Of a stretch of 64,000 nucleotides of DNA, positions 1 through 10,152 are shown piece by piece. Source of the DNA: an uncultured Veillonellaceae bacterium (lineage in GTDB: Bacteria; Bacillota; Negativicutes; JARBTT01); NCBI GenBank assembly GCA_963805085.1, contig CAWDTA010000002.1:832001-896000 (forward strand), written 5' to 3'. The notes under the pieces are model-generated. The model was given only the letters and a program-made list of their open reading frames with translations, was not told where the DNA came from and ran no database searches. Made by a program: the position numbers and the translations under genes. Positions within the stretch are counted from its first letter, which is position 1. Each line of letters opens with the position of its first letter.

Positions 1-78
1 GAACAAAATTGGAGAACACTAGTGCCAAGCAGTGCTGAGGAAAGTTGCTATTTAAAAGTCATTGAATTAGTAAAATAA
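1..78 (+). CDS. 3' end of an upstream gene (partial, unknown product)
   Basis: Frame 1 is open from base 1 (EQNWRTLVPSSAEESCYLKVIELVK*) and is followed by a terminator hairpin. Confidence 0.45.
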   Translation, partial: EQNWRTLVPSSAEESCYLKVIELVK

Positions 79-98
79 AAATACATATAAGATTTTTG

Positions 99-132
99 AA
101 AAAGTATCAATGTACGCATTGATACTTTTTTT
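99..132 (+). terminator. intrinsic terminator
   Basis: AAAAAGTATCAATG-tacg-CATTGATACTTTTT plus T tract. Confidence 0.8.
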
Positions 133-284
133 ATTGACATAATAGAAGGTGTTGGCTTAAAAATAATAAAAATAGTAACGTGTTTATAGATAATTTATTT
201 AAATAGCAACCGATAAAGCCATATTTAATGTTTATTAAATGATAAAATATTTTGAAAACTTTAAAAATATATTGATTTTAGCTC

Positions 285-313
285 TTGATTTTTTATAAAG
301 AGTAGGGTATTAT
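285..313 (+). promoter_or_regulatory. sigmaA-type promoter of the sorbitol operon
   Basis: TTGATT-N17-TATTAT. Confidence 0.55.
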
Positions 314-338
314 CATCTTGTAAGAACAAAAGTTACAT

Positions 339-358
339 ACTGTCACATATGTGACAGT
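339..358. promoter_or_regulatory. perfect 20-bp palindrome, likely operator of the SorC-family regulator
   Basis: ACTGTCACAT|ATGTGACAGT just downstream of the promoter. Confidence 0.65.
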
Positions 359-399
359 GAGATGCTTGCATCGATTGGTGCAAAAGAGAAGGTGAAAAA

Positions 400-1344
400 A
401 TGATACCTGTAGAAAAACGATTGCTCATAAAAGTAGCCAATATGTATTATATCGAAAATATGAAGCAAAGTGATATTGCTGATAAATTAGGAATAAATCG
501 TACAACGGTTAGTAAATATTTAAAGCGTGCAATGGAAGCTGGTATTGTCCAAATTTCGATTGTAAATGATTCTTATGAAAAATTAGAAACTGAATTAGAA
601 AAGAAGTTTGACTTGAAAGAGGTTTATATTGTAGATTCTGTAGCAGATGCAGAGGAAGTAAAAAATAATATGGGGAAAGCAGGACTTGCTTTTTTAAAAC
701 GTGTTATTAATGACGGCGATGTGGTTGGGTTTGCATGGGGAACTGCGATGGCGGCACTAGCTAAGAATGCTTTATTAGAAAAATGTAATGAAGTAAAAGC
801 AGATATGGTTCCTTTAGTTGGTGGACCAGAAAACATTGATAGTGAATTTCATGTAAATACGATAGCGTATAAAATTGCCAATGCATTTAAGGCACAAAAT
901 CATTATTTATATGCACCAGCAATATCAAAGACAGCAGAAATTAGAGCAGCAATTATTCAAGATAATAATTATACAAAAATAACAAATTATTGGAATAAGT
1001 TAAATATTGCAATTGTTGGTATTGGTGCACCAGTCAAAAATTCAAATCTTGTATGGGCAGGAGCTTTTGGTAAGAAAAGTATTGATGAATTAGCCAATGC
1101 AGGTGTGGCAGGAGAAATTTGTTCAGTTTTTTATGATATCAATGGACAGGTTATTACAACAGGATTAAGTGATAAGATCATTGCTATTGATTTAGAAAAA
1201 TTAAGGCAGGTCAAGTATTCTATAGGTATTGCAGCTTCACCAGAGAAAGTACCAGCTATTTACGGAGCTTTAAAAGGAAAATTGATTAATGTATTAATTT
1301 CTGATGAAGAAACAGCGAAACTTTTACTGACGTTTAATAAATAA
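400..1344 (+). CDS. SorC/DeoR-family sugar-binding transcriptional regulator
   Basis: N-terminal HTH (MYYIENMKQSDIADKLGINRTTVSKYL), GFAWGT motif, sugar-binding domain; first gene of the sorbitol operon. Confidence 0.9.
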   Translation: MIPVEKRLLIKVANMYYIENMKQSDIADKLGINRTTVSKYLKRAMEAGIVQISIVNDSYEKLETELEKKFDLKEVYIVDSVADAEEVKNNMGKAGLAFLKRVINDGDVVGFAWGTAMAALAKNALLEKCNEVKADMVPLVGGPENIDSEFHVNTIAYKIANAFKAQNHYLYAPAISKTAEIRAAIIQDNNYTKITNYWNKLNIAIVGIGAPVKNSNLVWAGAFGKKSIDELANAGVAGEICSVFYDINGQVITTGLSDKIIAIDLEKLRQVKYSIGIAASPEKVPAIYGALKGKLINVLISDEETAKLLLTFNK

Positions 1345-1430
1345 GGAGTTATAAGACCATTTGTATTCATCATAGGAATGTTTATGGTTTTAAATAATAT
1401 TTGGAATGAATCTATATGGAGGTCAAAACA

Positions 1431-2201
1431 ATGTCAAAAGTTGCACTTATTGTTGGTGGGGGAAGAAGTTTAGGAGCTTTTTTAAGTAAACATTTAGCAA
1501 GAGAAGGTTATGCAGTAGCTGTTGGTGATTTAAATAAGGAAAATGCTGAAAATGTTGTTGCTGAAATTGTATCTGATGGAGGCGAGGCAATTGCTGTAGT
1601 AGCAAACGCTTGTAAAGAAGATGAAGTTGCAGCAATGTTTAAAAATGTCGTAGAAAAATACGGCAAAATTGATTTATTACTTTATAATGCTGGTGTTGCT
1701 AAAAGTTGTAAAATCACTGAGTTTTCATTAGATACTTTTAAATTTATCTGTGATGTTAATTTAAATGGCTATTTCTTATGTGCCAGAGAAGCTGCTAGAG
1801 TGATGATTGAAAAAGAAACTGCTGGCTCGATTATCGTTATTAACTCTAAATCTGGTAGAGTTGGTAGCAAGCATAATAGTGGATATTCCGCTTCTAAATT
1901 TGGGGCTGTTGGTTTGACGCAAAGTTTGGCACTAGACCTTGCCGAATACCATATCAGAGTGAATTCCATGATGCTGGGGAATCTTTTAGATTCTGATATG
2001 TTTGAAAGTTTAATTCCACAATATGCGGTTAAGTTAGGTGTTCCTGAAGATCAAGTAAAACAAGTTTATATTGATAAAGTGCCTTTAAAACGTGGTTGCA
2101 GATTCCAAGATGTTGCTAATGTAGTTACGTTCTATGCATCAGAGAAAGCCGAATATTTAACAGGACAATCTGTAAATATTACTGGTGGTCAAGTAATGTA
2201 A
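1431..2201 (+). CDS. srlD: sorbitol-6-phosphate 2-dehydrogenase (SDR)
   Basis: GGGRSLG, NSKSG, YSASKFG, MLGNLL and KVPLKRGC motifs; GGAGG SD before ATG 1431. Confidence 0.93.
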   Translation: MSKVALIVGGGRSLGAFLSKHLAREGYAVAVGDLNKENAENVVAEIVSDGGEAIAVVANACKEDEVAAMFKNVVEKYGKIDLLLYNAGVAKSCKITEFSLDTFKFICDVNLNGYFLCAREAARVMIEKETAGSIIVINSKSGRVGSKHNSGYSASKFGAVGLTQSLALDLAEYHIRVNSMMLGNLLDSDMFESLIPQYAVKLGVPEDQVKQVYIDKVPLKRGCRFQDVANVVTFYASEKAEYLTGQSVNITGGQVM

Positions 2202-2276
2202 GCATTTGGCTTACATTACTTAAATCATGACTGAGAAATAACATAATAATCATTAAACTAACAGGAGGATAAGACT

Positions 2277-2696
2277 ATGTTGTGGTTGATTATAGTGGCT
2301 GCTTTAATGTGGATTTTGCAATGTATCTTAGGAATTTGGCAGTTTAATAAATTTAATCGCCGCTTTAAAGAACTAAGAGCTGAAGGTAGAGTTGCCATTG
2401 GCAGAGCAAAAGGCCGTGTTGTCGCAGGCGCTGTTGTATTACTTTGTATAGACAAAGAGTGTAATATTATAAAAGGTGAAAAAATGCAGGGAACAACAAT
2501 CTTTGCGGGCTTAAAGCCTCTTAATAAATTCAATCATATGAATTTACTAGATATAAATGAGGTAAGCTGTAATGGCTTGGATAAGCAAACAACAAAAGCA
2601 GTTTTAAATGCGGTTAGCAATTATAAAGAATTCATTAAAAAAGAACAAACGATAAAGATAGAGCAAGTAGAAGCTGAGAATTTGGTTAGTAATTAA
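2277..2696 (+). CDS. gutM: glucitol operon activator GutM
   Basis: N-terminal TM helix, GRVAIGR and GTTIFA motifs, operon context. Confidence 0.85.
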   Translation: MLWLIIVAALMWILQCILGIWQFNKFNRRFKELRAEGRVAIGRAKGRVVAGAVVLLCIDKECNIIKGEKMQGTTIFAGLKPLNKFNHMNLLDINEVSCNGLDKQTTKAVLNAVSNYKEFIKKEQTIKIEQVEAENLVSN

Positions 2697-2862
2697 CACA
2701 ACGGTTTTTTTTGTAAAATTTATATCTGAATATTCTAATAATTGCTAAATGTTTTGTTATGTTATAACTCAGTTAAAGAAATAAATTTCTACATTTATCA
2801 GCCTTGGTTTTGTAAATAGAAGTGGGCTAACCACAACTAAAAAAAGAAAGTGGGGTTATCTT

Positions 2863-3429
2863 ATGGATTCATTAGTTTTTTTAGCAAAAGGGTTTATAGG
2901 AATGTTTAATGAGGGAGGTAAAACATTTGTTGCTTTGGTAACAGGTATCGTACCTACATTGATTTGTTTACTTGTAGCAATGAATGCACTCATTCGTTTC
3001 GTTGGTCAAGAAAAAATCGAAAAATTAGCACATATGTGTGCAGGAAATCCGATATCTAGATATATAATTCTACCAGTAGTTGGTACTTTCTTCTTTTGCA
3101 ATCCAATGACATTATCATTAGGCAAGTTTATGCCAGAAAAATATAAACCAAGTTATTATGCAGCAGGTTCTTATTCTTGTCATACGTTAAATGGATTATT
3201 CCCTCACGTAAATCCAGGAGAATTATTCGTTTTCTTGGGAATTGCAAACGGCATAACTCAATTAGGGCTGCCTACTGTTGACTTAGCTTTACGGTATTTC
3301 TTAGTTGGTGTTGTAACAAACTTTTTAAGAGGTTGGGTAACAGATTTTACAACGAGTTATGTTGAAAAACAGCAAGGTGTTACTTTAAAAACAGAAGTTA
3401 CCGCTATTCAAAGTGGAACGAATGCATAA
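2863..3429 (+). CDS. srlA: PTS glucitol/sorbitol EIIC component
   Basis: NPMTLSLG and [11 protein letters not shown] motifs. Confidence 0.93.
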   Translation: MDSLVFLAKGFIGMFNEGGKTFVALVTGIVPTLICLLVAMNALIRFVGQEKIEKLAHMCAGNPISRYIILPVVGTFFFCNPMTLSLGKFMPEKYKPSYYAAGSYSCHTLNGLFPHVNPGELFVFLGIANGITQLGLPTVDLALRYFLVGVVTNFLRGWVTDFTTSYVEKQQGVTLKTEVTAIQSGTNA

Positions 3430-3442
3430 GGAGGATTAGAAA

Positions 3443-4429
3443 ATGGGAGAATATCAATCAATTAAAGTATCTGCAGGTAGAGGTGGTTTTGGTGGTCCAT
3501 TAGTTTTAACTCCAACTGCGGAAAAAAATAAAGTTGTTAATATTACCGGTGGTGTTATTTCACCTGTTGCAGAAAAAATTGCTGAAATGACAGGCTGTAC
3601 TTTAGTAGATGGGTTTAAAACAAAAGCTCCGGACAATGAAATCTTATGTGTAATTATTGATTGTGGTGGTACGCTACGTTGCGGTATCTATCCACAAAAG
3701 AAAATTCCGACAATTAACTTAAATCCAACGGGGCCTAGCGGTCCACTAGCTGAACATATCAAAGCAGATATTTATGTATCTGAAGTGAAAATTAGTGATT
3801 TATCATTTAGTGATGGTTCAGCTCCAGCGCCAACTCCAGTTGAGGCTAAAAGTAAGTCTAAATATGATACTTCAAAAAAAATTACGCAACAAACATCAGG
3901 TGGGTTAATGGCGAACATCGGTAAAATGATGGGATCTATTACAGCAACCTTATATCAAGCTGGTCGTGATACGATTGACACGATTATGAAAACAATTCTT
4001 CCGTTCATGGCGTTTGTGTCAATGTTAATCGGTGTGGTATTAAGCACAGGAATTGGTGATGTCATTGCTCAAGTATTAGCACCACTTGCTAGCTCGGCAA
4101 TTGGCTTGATTATATTATCTATGATTTGTTCCTTCCCATTCTTATCTCCATTCCTTGGACCTGGCGCTGTTATAGCACAAGTAATTGGTGTCTTAATCGG
4201 GGTTCAAATTGGACAAGGGAATATTCCGCCACATCTTGCATTACCAGCACTATTTGCTATCAATGCCCAAGCGGCTTGTGACTTTATTCCAGTAGGTTTA
4301 GGTCTTGCTGAAGCCGAAGTTGAAACTGTTGAAGTTGGTGTTCCTTCGGTATTATATTCGCGGTTTATCACAGGACCGATTACTGTAGCTATTGCGTGGC
4401 TTGCAAGCTTTGGTTTATATCAAGGTTAG
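3443..4429 (+). CDS. srlE: PTS glucitol/sorbitol EIIBC component
   Basis: [13 protein letters not shown] and [12 protein letters not shown] motifs. Confidence 0.93.
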   Translation: MGEYQSIKVSAGRGGFGGPLVLTPTAEKNKVVNITGGVISPVAEKIAEMTGCTLVDGFKTKAPDNEILCVIIDCGGTLRCGIYPQKKIPTINLNPTGPSGPLAEHIKADIYVSEVKISDLSFSDGSAPAPTPVEAKSKSKYDTSKKITQQTSGGLMANIGKMMGSITATLYQAGRDTIDTIMKTILPFMAFVSMLIGVVLSTGIGDVIAQVLAPLASSAIGLIILSMICSFPFLSPFLGPGAVIAQVIGVLIGVQIGQGNIPPHLALPALFAINAQAACDFIPVGLGLAEAEVETVEVGVPSVLYSRFITGPITVAIAWLASFGLYQG

Positions 4430-4525
4430 TTCTTAGAAAGTTAATTTAAAAATAGAATGTGTGATTGATGAATATGATCAGTCACACATTCTACTATAAA
4501 AACGAAACAATCGGAGGTATTATAT

Positions 4526-4894
4526 ATGTCAGTTATTTTTAATACAAAAGTTATAAAACTTGGTGACATGGCAAATGCATTTATTGCGGAAAAAATGGTC
4601 ATTCTGTTTCAAGAAAATGCACCAGATGAGTTAGCCGACTATTGTGTCTTGCACACAGGTCATAAATTAGTAGATACTGTGCAAGTAGGCGATATTTTAG
4701 TATTTGCTGGCATAGAATATAAAATTGTGTATGTTGGTGATCAAGTACAAAAGAATTTAGGTAATTTAGGTCATATCACATTAAGATTTAATAATAATTG
4801 TGAAGGTGAAAATCTGGAAGGTAGCTTATACCTTGAAGACAAAGATGTTGCAGCTATTAATATTGGTGATGAAATCTCTATTATAAGAAAATAA
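4526..4894 (+). CDS. srlB: PTS glucitol/sorbitol EIIA component
   Basis: APDELADYC and NLGNLGHITL (phospho-His) motifs. Confidence 0.92.
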   Translation: MSVIFNTKVIKLGDMANAFIAEKMVILFQENAPDELADYCVLHTGHKLVDTVQVGDILVFAGIEYKIVYVGDQVQKNLGNLGHITLRFNNNCEGENLEGSLYLEDKDVAAINIGDEISIIRK

Positions 4895-4975
4895 TAAGAG
4901 TTATCACTTGGGACGGTTAGGAAATGAATACTTTGAGGATAGATTTTAATTTCGTCTCTATAAAAATGCATATAT

Positions 4976-5096
4976 ATAAACCAGTATAACTTACTAGCTA
5001 CCATTGCTACAGTTATGCTGGTTTATTTTTGTTTCTATACAATTCATAATGGCTACTGCACCCTAAAGACATTAGAGTGCAGTAGCCATTATTTTT
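4976..5096. terminator. two terminator hairpins between convergent srlB and metH
   Basis: ATAAACCAGTATAAC/GTTATGCTGGTTTAT (4976-5026) and ATAATGGCTACTGCAC/GTGCAGTAGCCATTAT (5046-5092). Confidence 0.7.
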
Positions 5097-5100
5097 ATCA

Positions 5101-7473
5101 TTATTTTTCGACTAATTCTTTTGCTAAATTTACAGCGACAACACCATCACGCGCGTAACAATCGGCGCCAGCTTGGTCGGCATATTCTTGCGTGAGGACA
5201 GCCCCACCTACCATAACTTTGGCTTTACTGCCAGCTTTTTTTAGTGCGTCGATGACGAAATCAATTTGTGGCATGGTGGTCGTCATTAGCGCACAGAGAC
5301 CGACAATATCGGCGTCGTGCTCTAATGCCGTTTTTACGATCGTGTCTAATTCAACGTCTTTACCGAGGTCAATGATATGGAATCCATTATTTTCGAGTAG
5401 AGCACCAACAATATTTTTACCGAGGTCATGAATATCGCCTCTGACAGTAGCGATAACAACAGTACCCTTATTTTGAAAATTATGTAATGGCAATAGCTCT
5501 TTTATTTTGATAAAAGCTTCGCGCATGGCTTCAGCTGATAGTAGAACTTGTGGTAAAAACAATTTACCAGAGCCAAAACCGATGCCAACTTCGTTCATGG
5601 CGGCAGTCAAACATTGATCAGTGATTTCGGTAGAAGAATGGCCCTCGGCCAAAGCTTTTTCTACCATTGGTGCAATGGCTTCTTTTTCTCCATTAATTAC
5701 AGCGGTTTTAATACTGGTTAGTAAATCCATTTCCGAGATAGGAGCTGTTGCGGCTTTTGTAGGCGCATTTGCATTGGCAGCGGATAAACTATAGTGGCGA
5801 GCATTTTTATCAAAGCCTAGTAAAGCTGAGCTAGCGAGAAGGGCCTCTTGCATTGCAGTATCGTATGGATTCATGATTGGAGCATCGAGACCGTAGGCTA
5901 AACTCATCGTAAAGAAGTTACTATTAATCAGTGGTCGATTCGGGAGTCCAAAGGATATATTACTTAACCCCATTGTAGAAGGATACCCAAATTTTTCACG
6001 ATAGAGTTTTAAAGTATTGAGTGTCTGGATGCAGGCTTCTTCATCAGCGGCAATCGTCATAACCAGAGCATCAAGCAAGAAATCATTTGGCTTCATTCCG
6101 ATAGCGAGTGCGTGGTCAATAATCGTTTGTATGACGGCTACACGTTCTGGGGCTGTCTCTGGTACACCGGCAGGTGAGATTGGTAAACATAGAATGGCTG
6201 CACCATATTTTTTAGCCAAGGGCAAGAATTCAGCTAAACGTTCTGGTTCGGCACTTACTGAATTAATGAGTGCACGTCCAGGATAAGCTTTTAATCCTGC
6301 TTCTAAGGCTTTGGCATCGCTGGTATCAATTGCGAGAGGAACGTCTACCAACTGAGAAATTTCAGTAATTGCTTTACTCATAGCCTTGGTTTGGTCGATC
6401 CCAGCTACACCCATATTTACATCCAATAGATGTGCACCAGCACGGACTTGTTCAAGTGCTTCTTTTTTTACTGAAAGAAAGTTTCCCTCTTTAATTTCAG
6501 CGGCAAGCTTTTTTCTGCCTGTTGGATTAATACGCTCACCTAGTAGCACCGTAGGTAATGTTTTATCAATAAATACTGTTTTACTACGACTTGTTAAAGC
6601 GAGCATTGGCTTGCGGTGTTGGCGTATGGCTGGGGTTAATCTTTGAATTGCTTTTTTGATAGCCGCGATATGTTTAGGCGTTGTCCCGCAACAACCACCG
6701 ATATAAGTTGCGCCAGCTTCGACTAATTTTGGTACCCAACTAGCCATTTCTTCTGCATCCATTGGAAAAACAGTTTTCCCTTCTACTAAATGTGGCATGC
6801 CGGCATTTGGTTGGATACTAATTGGACAACTGCAATTAGCTGCTAATAGTTCAATGATTGGTAGTAATTGCGCTGGCCCAAGTGAACAGTTTGCCCCGAT
6901 TATATCAGCGCCCATTGCTTCTAAGGTAATCGCTGCGGTTTGTGGATCTGTTCCTGTTACAGTACGACCATCAGAGTTAAAGGATAATTGACAGATTACA
7001 GGTTTATCCGTTACTGCTTTGGCCGCAAGAAGAGCAGCCCTCATTTCTTGAATGTCAATAATAGTTTCAATTAAAATCATATCTACACCAGCATTTACTA
7101 ACGCTGATATTTGTTCATAAAAAACTTCATATGCCTCATCAAAAGTTAATTCACCAAGAGGTTTGATAAATTTGCCAGTAGAGCCAATAGATCCGGCAAT
7201 TTTGACTTTATCACCAGTGGCCGCTTTGGCAGCCTTAACTGCGGCGATGTTGAGCTCTTTTACACGCTCAGCTAAGCCATAGTGTGATAATTTGATTCGG
7301 TTGGCGCCAAAACTATTTGTTTCAATAATATTGGAACCATGTACGATATATTCTTTATGAATATTGGTAACGATTTCAGGTTTTTCTACATTTAATAACT
7401 CAGGGCATTCACCTGGCTTTAATCCAGCATTTTGTAACATGGTACCCATTGCACCGTCAAAAACATAAATCAT
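5101..7473 (-). CDS. metH: cobalamin-dependent methionine synthase (Hcy-, pterin- and B12-binding domains; no activation domain)
   Basis: DGAMGT, GANCSLGP, GGCCGTTP, GERINPTG and DIHDLGKN motifs. Confidence 0.92.
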   Translation of the reverse strand: MIYVFDGAMGTMLQNAGLKPGECPELLNVEKPEIVTNIHKEYIVHGSNIIETNSFGANRIKLSHYGLAERVKELNIAAVKAAKAATGDKVKIAGSIGSTGKFIKPLGELTFDEAYEVFYEQISALVNAGVDMILIETIIDIQEMRAALLAAKAVTDKPVICQLSFNSDGRTVTGTDPQTAAITLEAMGADIIGANCSLGPAQLLPIIELLAANCSCPISIQPNAGMPHLVEGKTVFPMDAEEMASWVPKLVEAGATYIGGCCGTTPKHIAAIKKAIQRLTPAIRQHRKPMLALTSRSKTVFIDKTLPTVLLGERINPTGRKKLAAEIKEGNFLSVKKEALEQVRAGAHLLDVNMGVAGIDQTKAMSKAITEISQLVDVPLAIDTSDAKALEAGLKAYPGRALINSVSAEPERLAEFLPLAKKYGAAILCLPISPAGVPETAPERVAVIQTIIDHALAIGMKPNDFLLDALVMTIAADEEACIQTLNTLKLYREKFGYPSTMGLSNISFGLPNRPLINSNFFTMSLAYGLDAPIMNPYDTAMQEALLASSALLGFDKNARHYSLSAANANAPTKAATAPISEMDLLTSIKTAVINGEKEAIAPMVEKALAEGHSSTEITDQCLTAAMNEVGIGFGSGKLFLPQVLLSAEAMREAFIKIKELLPLHNFQNKGTVVIATVRGDIHDLGKNIVGALLENNGFHIIDLGKDVELDTIVKTALEHDADIVGLCALMTTTMPQIDFVIDALKKAGSKAKVMVGGAVLTQEYADQAGADCYARDGVVAVNLAKELVEK

Positions 7474-8160
7474 TTAAATAGAAGACTCCTTTCGAGCTAG
7501 ACAATCTAGTTTATTACAATTTTTACAATCGTGGCTGGTCTGCGAAGAATTTCCTCCGCAATTTGGAACTAGACCAATAACAGCTGTAACTGATTTTCGT
7601 GGAATAAGCATCATACTAGTTGTTAAAGCAATGCCAATTTCTTTAGCACTAGATAAGCGAAGCATTTCAGGCTGGAAGGTAATATTCCAATCACCATAGC
7701 CAGGGCTAAAACGCATTGCAGTTTGATATCCTTTTGCCTCTATATAATGTTTAATGGTTTTTTCCATAGTGTCAGCTGCCATTTCTACAGCTGTTGTAGC
7801 AGCTGCATCAAGTAATACGGAATGTGTATAATTATTGGCTTTAAAATGGTCAGTGATGGCATTTTCAATATCTTCACCAATGGTAACAGCCATTACAATA
7901 ATCTTTGTCGCATTTTGCAAATGACGTTGAACGACATTACCTTGGATGATAGCGGGAACTTCTGCTTCAATCGTATGCGTTGAATGATTATAATCGTAAA
8001 TTTGCCAAATACCTTTGGCTTGGCTTAAAAGCTGTGCTTCTAGGCAAGCGTGATCAATCAACTTTTCGTCAAACGCTACTTTACTTAGCCCTGCGTAACG
8101 TTTTGTCTCACTTTTATCAATACTAGTCAGTGAGGCATTATAAATTGGCAAAACAAACAC
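7474..8160 (-). CDS. stand-alone methionine synthase activation (AdoMet-binding) domain
   Basis: RFSPGYGD and PRKSVTAVIG motifs, C-terminal CxxC..C; stop codon abuts the metH ATG. Confidence 0.85.
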   Translation of the reverse strand: MFVLPIYNASLTSIDKSETKRYAGLSKVAFDEKLIDHACLEAQLLSQAKGIWQIYDYNHSTHTIEAEVPAIIQGNVVQRHLQNATKIIVMAVTIGEDIENAITDHFKANNYTHSVLLDAAATTAVEMAADTMEKTIKHYIEAKGYQTAMRFSPGYGDWNITFQPEMLRLSSAKEIGIALTTSMMLIPRKSVTAVIGLVPNCGGNSSQTSHDCKNCNKLDCLARKESSI

Positions 8161-8343
8161 CTCGTCTTATATAAAATTTTGCACTTACGACTATTTTAAC
8201 ATAAAAGGTTAAAAAAAGCTTGAATAGTTAAAAATAGTGTAAATAATATACTGGAAAATTCATTTATTATGCTTATATTTTAGCCATATTTGATAATAAA
8301 TTTTAAATATTGCGTTGATCAGAATTTTACGTGATAAAAAGTA

Positions 8344-8370
8344 GCAGGAATCTGCCAAATGGTGTGGAAT
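8344..8370 (+). promoter_or_regulatory. sigmaH-like promoter upstream of parA
   Basis: GCAGGA-N17-GAAT (GCAGGAATC-11-GTGGAAT), matching the B. subtilis sigmaH consensus. Confidence 0.6.
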
Positions 8371-8418
8371 TGAGTTATCTTAATGAGAATAAACATTACC
8401 AAAGAAGAGGGGAATTTC

Positions 8419-9180
8419 ATGGTAAAAGTGATTGCAATTGCAAATCAAAAAGGCGGAGTTGGTAAAACAACGACTTCAGTAAATCTAAGTGCTTGTTTAG
8501 CTGAATTAGGGAAGAAAGTATTATTAATGGATGTCGATCCACAAGGAAATTCAACGAGTGGATATGGTATTGATAAATCAAAAATAAAAAGATCAATTTA
8601 TGATGTATTAGTAGATGATGTTGATATGTCAGAGGCAATATTATCCACCGAAATTGAAAATTTAAAAATATTACCGGCAACAATTCAATTGGCTGGAGCT
8701 GAAATTGAATTGGTATCAGTAATGTCTAGAGAAACAAAGTTAAAAAGGGCAATTGATAAAATAAAGTATGAGTATGACTATGTCATTATGGATTGTCCAC
8801 CATCACTTGGGCTCTTAACAATTAACTCGCTAACTGCTGCCAATTCAGTACTGGTTCCGATACAATGTGAGTTTTATGCGTTAGAAGGTTTATCACAATT
8901 GATGAATACAGTTGCCTTGGTTCAAAAAAATTTAAATCCAATCTTGGAGCTAGAGGGTGTCGTACTGACAATGTTCGATGCGCGGACTAATTTATCGCTA
9001 CAAGTCGTTGAAGAAGTAAAGAGTCATTTTAGACAAAAAGTTTATCAGACAATTATTCCAAGAAATGTTCGACTTAGCGAGGCACCAAGCCATGGTCAGC
9101 CAGTTACAATATATGATCCTAAGTCGAAGGGTTCAGAAGTGTATTTTGAATTAGCCAAAGAGGTGATTGATAATGAGTAA
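8419..9180 (+). CDS. soj: chromosome partitioning ATPase Soj/ParA
   Basis: [22 protein letters not shown] and RLSEAPSHG motifs; SD before ATG 8419. Confidence 0.96.
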   Translation: MVKVIAIANQKGGVGKTTTSVNLSACLAELGKKVLLMDVDPQGNSTSGYGIDKSKIKRSIYDVLVDDVDMSEAILSTEIENLKILPATIQLAGAEIELVSVMSRETKLKRAIDKIKYEYDYVIMDCPPSLGLLTINSLTAANSVLVPIQCEFYALEGLSQLMNTVALVQKNLNPILELEGVVLTMFDARTNLSLQVVEEVKSHFRQKVYQTIIPRNVRLSEAPSHGQPVTIYDPKSKGSEVYFELAKEVIDNE

Positions 9181-10120
9181 ACAAGCACGTGGCTTAGGTA
9201 GAGGATTAGATTCATTAATTAGAAATACTGCTGTAGAGGAAAACGATGATAATGAAAAAGTGAAATCATTGGAACTGAATGTAATTGTTGCGAATCAATT
9301 TCAGCCAAGAAAAGAGTTTGATGACGAAGCCTTAGAAGAGCTGATGCAATCCATTAAGCAATATGGAGTGTTACAACCGGTGTTAGTTCGTAAAACGATA
9401 TCTGGCTATGAGCTCATTGCTGGTGAACGTCGCTTAAGAGCATCAAAACGTGCTGGTCTAAAATTTATTCCGGCAATTGTGCGTGAATATAGCGATTCGG
9501 AGATGACCGAAATCGCATTGATTGAAAATCTACAAAGAGAAGATTTAACAGCAATAGAAGAAGCTTCTGCTTATGAAAAATTGCTAACAACTTTTGGCCT
9601 TACCCAAGAAGAGTTAGCTCAAAAAGTTGGTAGAAGTCGTTCCCATATTGCAAACTTTATCCGTATGTTAACATTGCCCAAAATTATTCAAGATTATGTT
9701 TCACGTGAAACAATTTCCATGGGGCAGGCTAGACCACTTATTACACTTGATAACGAAAATTTGCAAATTGAAGCTGCTGAATATATTATTGCTGAAGATT
9801 TATCAGCAAGAGCAAGTGAAGAATTGGTTAAAAAATTGCTAATGAATCCAGACTTTTTAAGTGATCAACAGAGAAGTATCGATGAAGCGGAAGAAAATGA
9901 AACTGAAAATACACCAGAGCATCGAGAAGTCTTTTTAGCTGAGGCGGAAGATCGCTTAAAGTTAATGCTGGGAACACAGGTTAAAATTAAACAGGGAAAG
10001 AAAAAGAGTAGAATAGAAATAGACTTCTATTCTCAAGATGATCTTGATCGTATTATTGAAACCTTATCAGAACCAATTGCAGCAAGAACAACTAGGAATG
10101 CTGCAATATTTACAGTTTAA
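9173..10120 (+). CDS. spo0J: ParB/Spo0J partition protein
   Basis: [14 protein letters not shown] and ENLQREDL motifs; HTH. Confidence 0.96.
   Translation: MSKQARGLGRGLDSLIRNTAVEENDDNEKVKSLELNVIVANQFQPRKEFDDEALEELMQSIKQYGVLQPVLVRKTISGYELIAGERRLRASKRAGLKFIPAIVREYSDSEMTEIALIENLQREDLTAIEEASAYEKLLTTFGLTQEELAQKVGRSRSHIANFIRMLTLPKIIQDYVSRETISMGQARPLITLDNENLQIEAAEYIIAEDLSARASEELVKKLLMNPDFLSDQQRSIDEAEENETENTPEHREVFLAEAEDRLKLMLGTQVKIKQGKKKSRIEIDFYSQDDLDRIIETLSEPIAARTTRNAAIFTV
9697..9712. promoter_or_regulatory. parS site inside parB
   Basis: Perfect TGTTTCACGTGAAACA. Confidence 0.93.
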
Positions 10121-10136
10121 TGTTTCACGTGAAACA
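10121..10136. promoter_or_regulatory. parS site immediately after the parB stop codon
   Basis: Perfect TGTTTCACGTGAAACA; the palindrome extends over 10119-10138. Confidence 0.95.
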
Positions 10137-10152
10137 TTTGGAGGCGTAGACA

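Noticed and set aside
5101-8160. Split methionine synthase as a novelty
   Set aside because: A separate activation domain is a known arrangement (e.g. Thermotoga and many clostridia)
8161-8340. SAM or cobalamin riboswitch upstream of the methionine synthase genes
   Set aside because: Short AT-rich spacer with no consensus blocks
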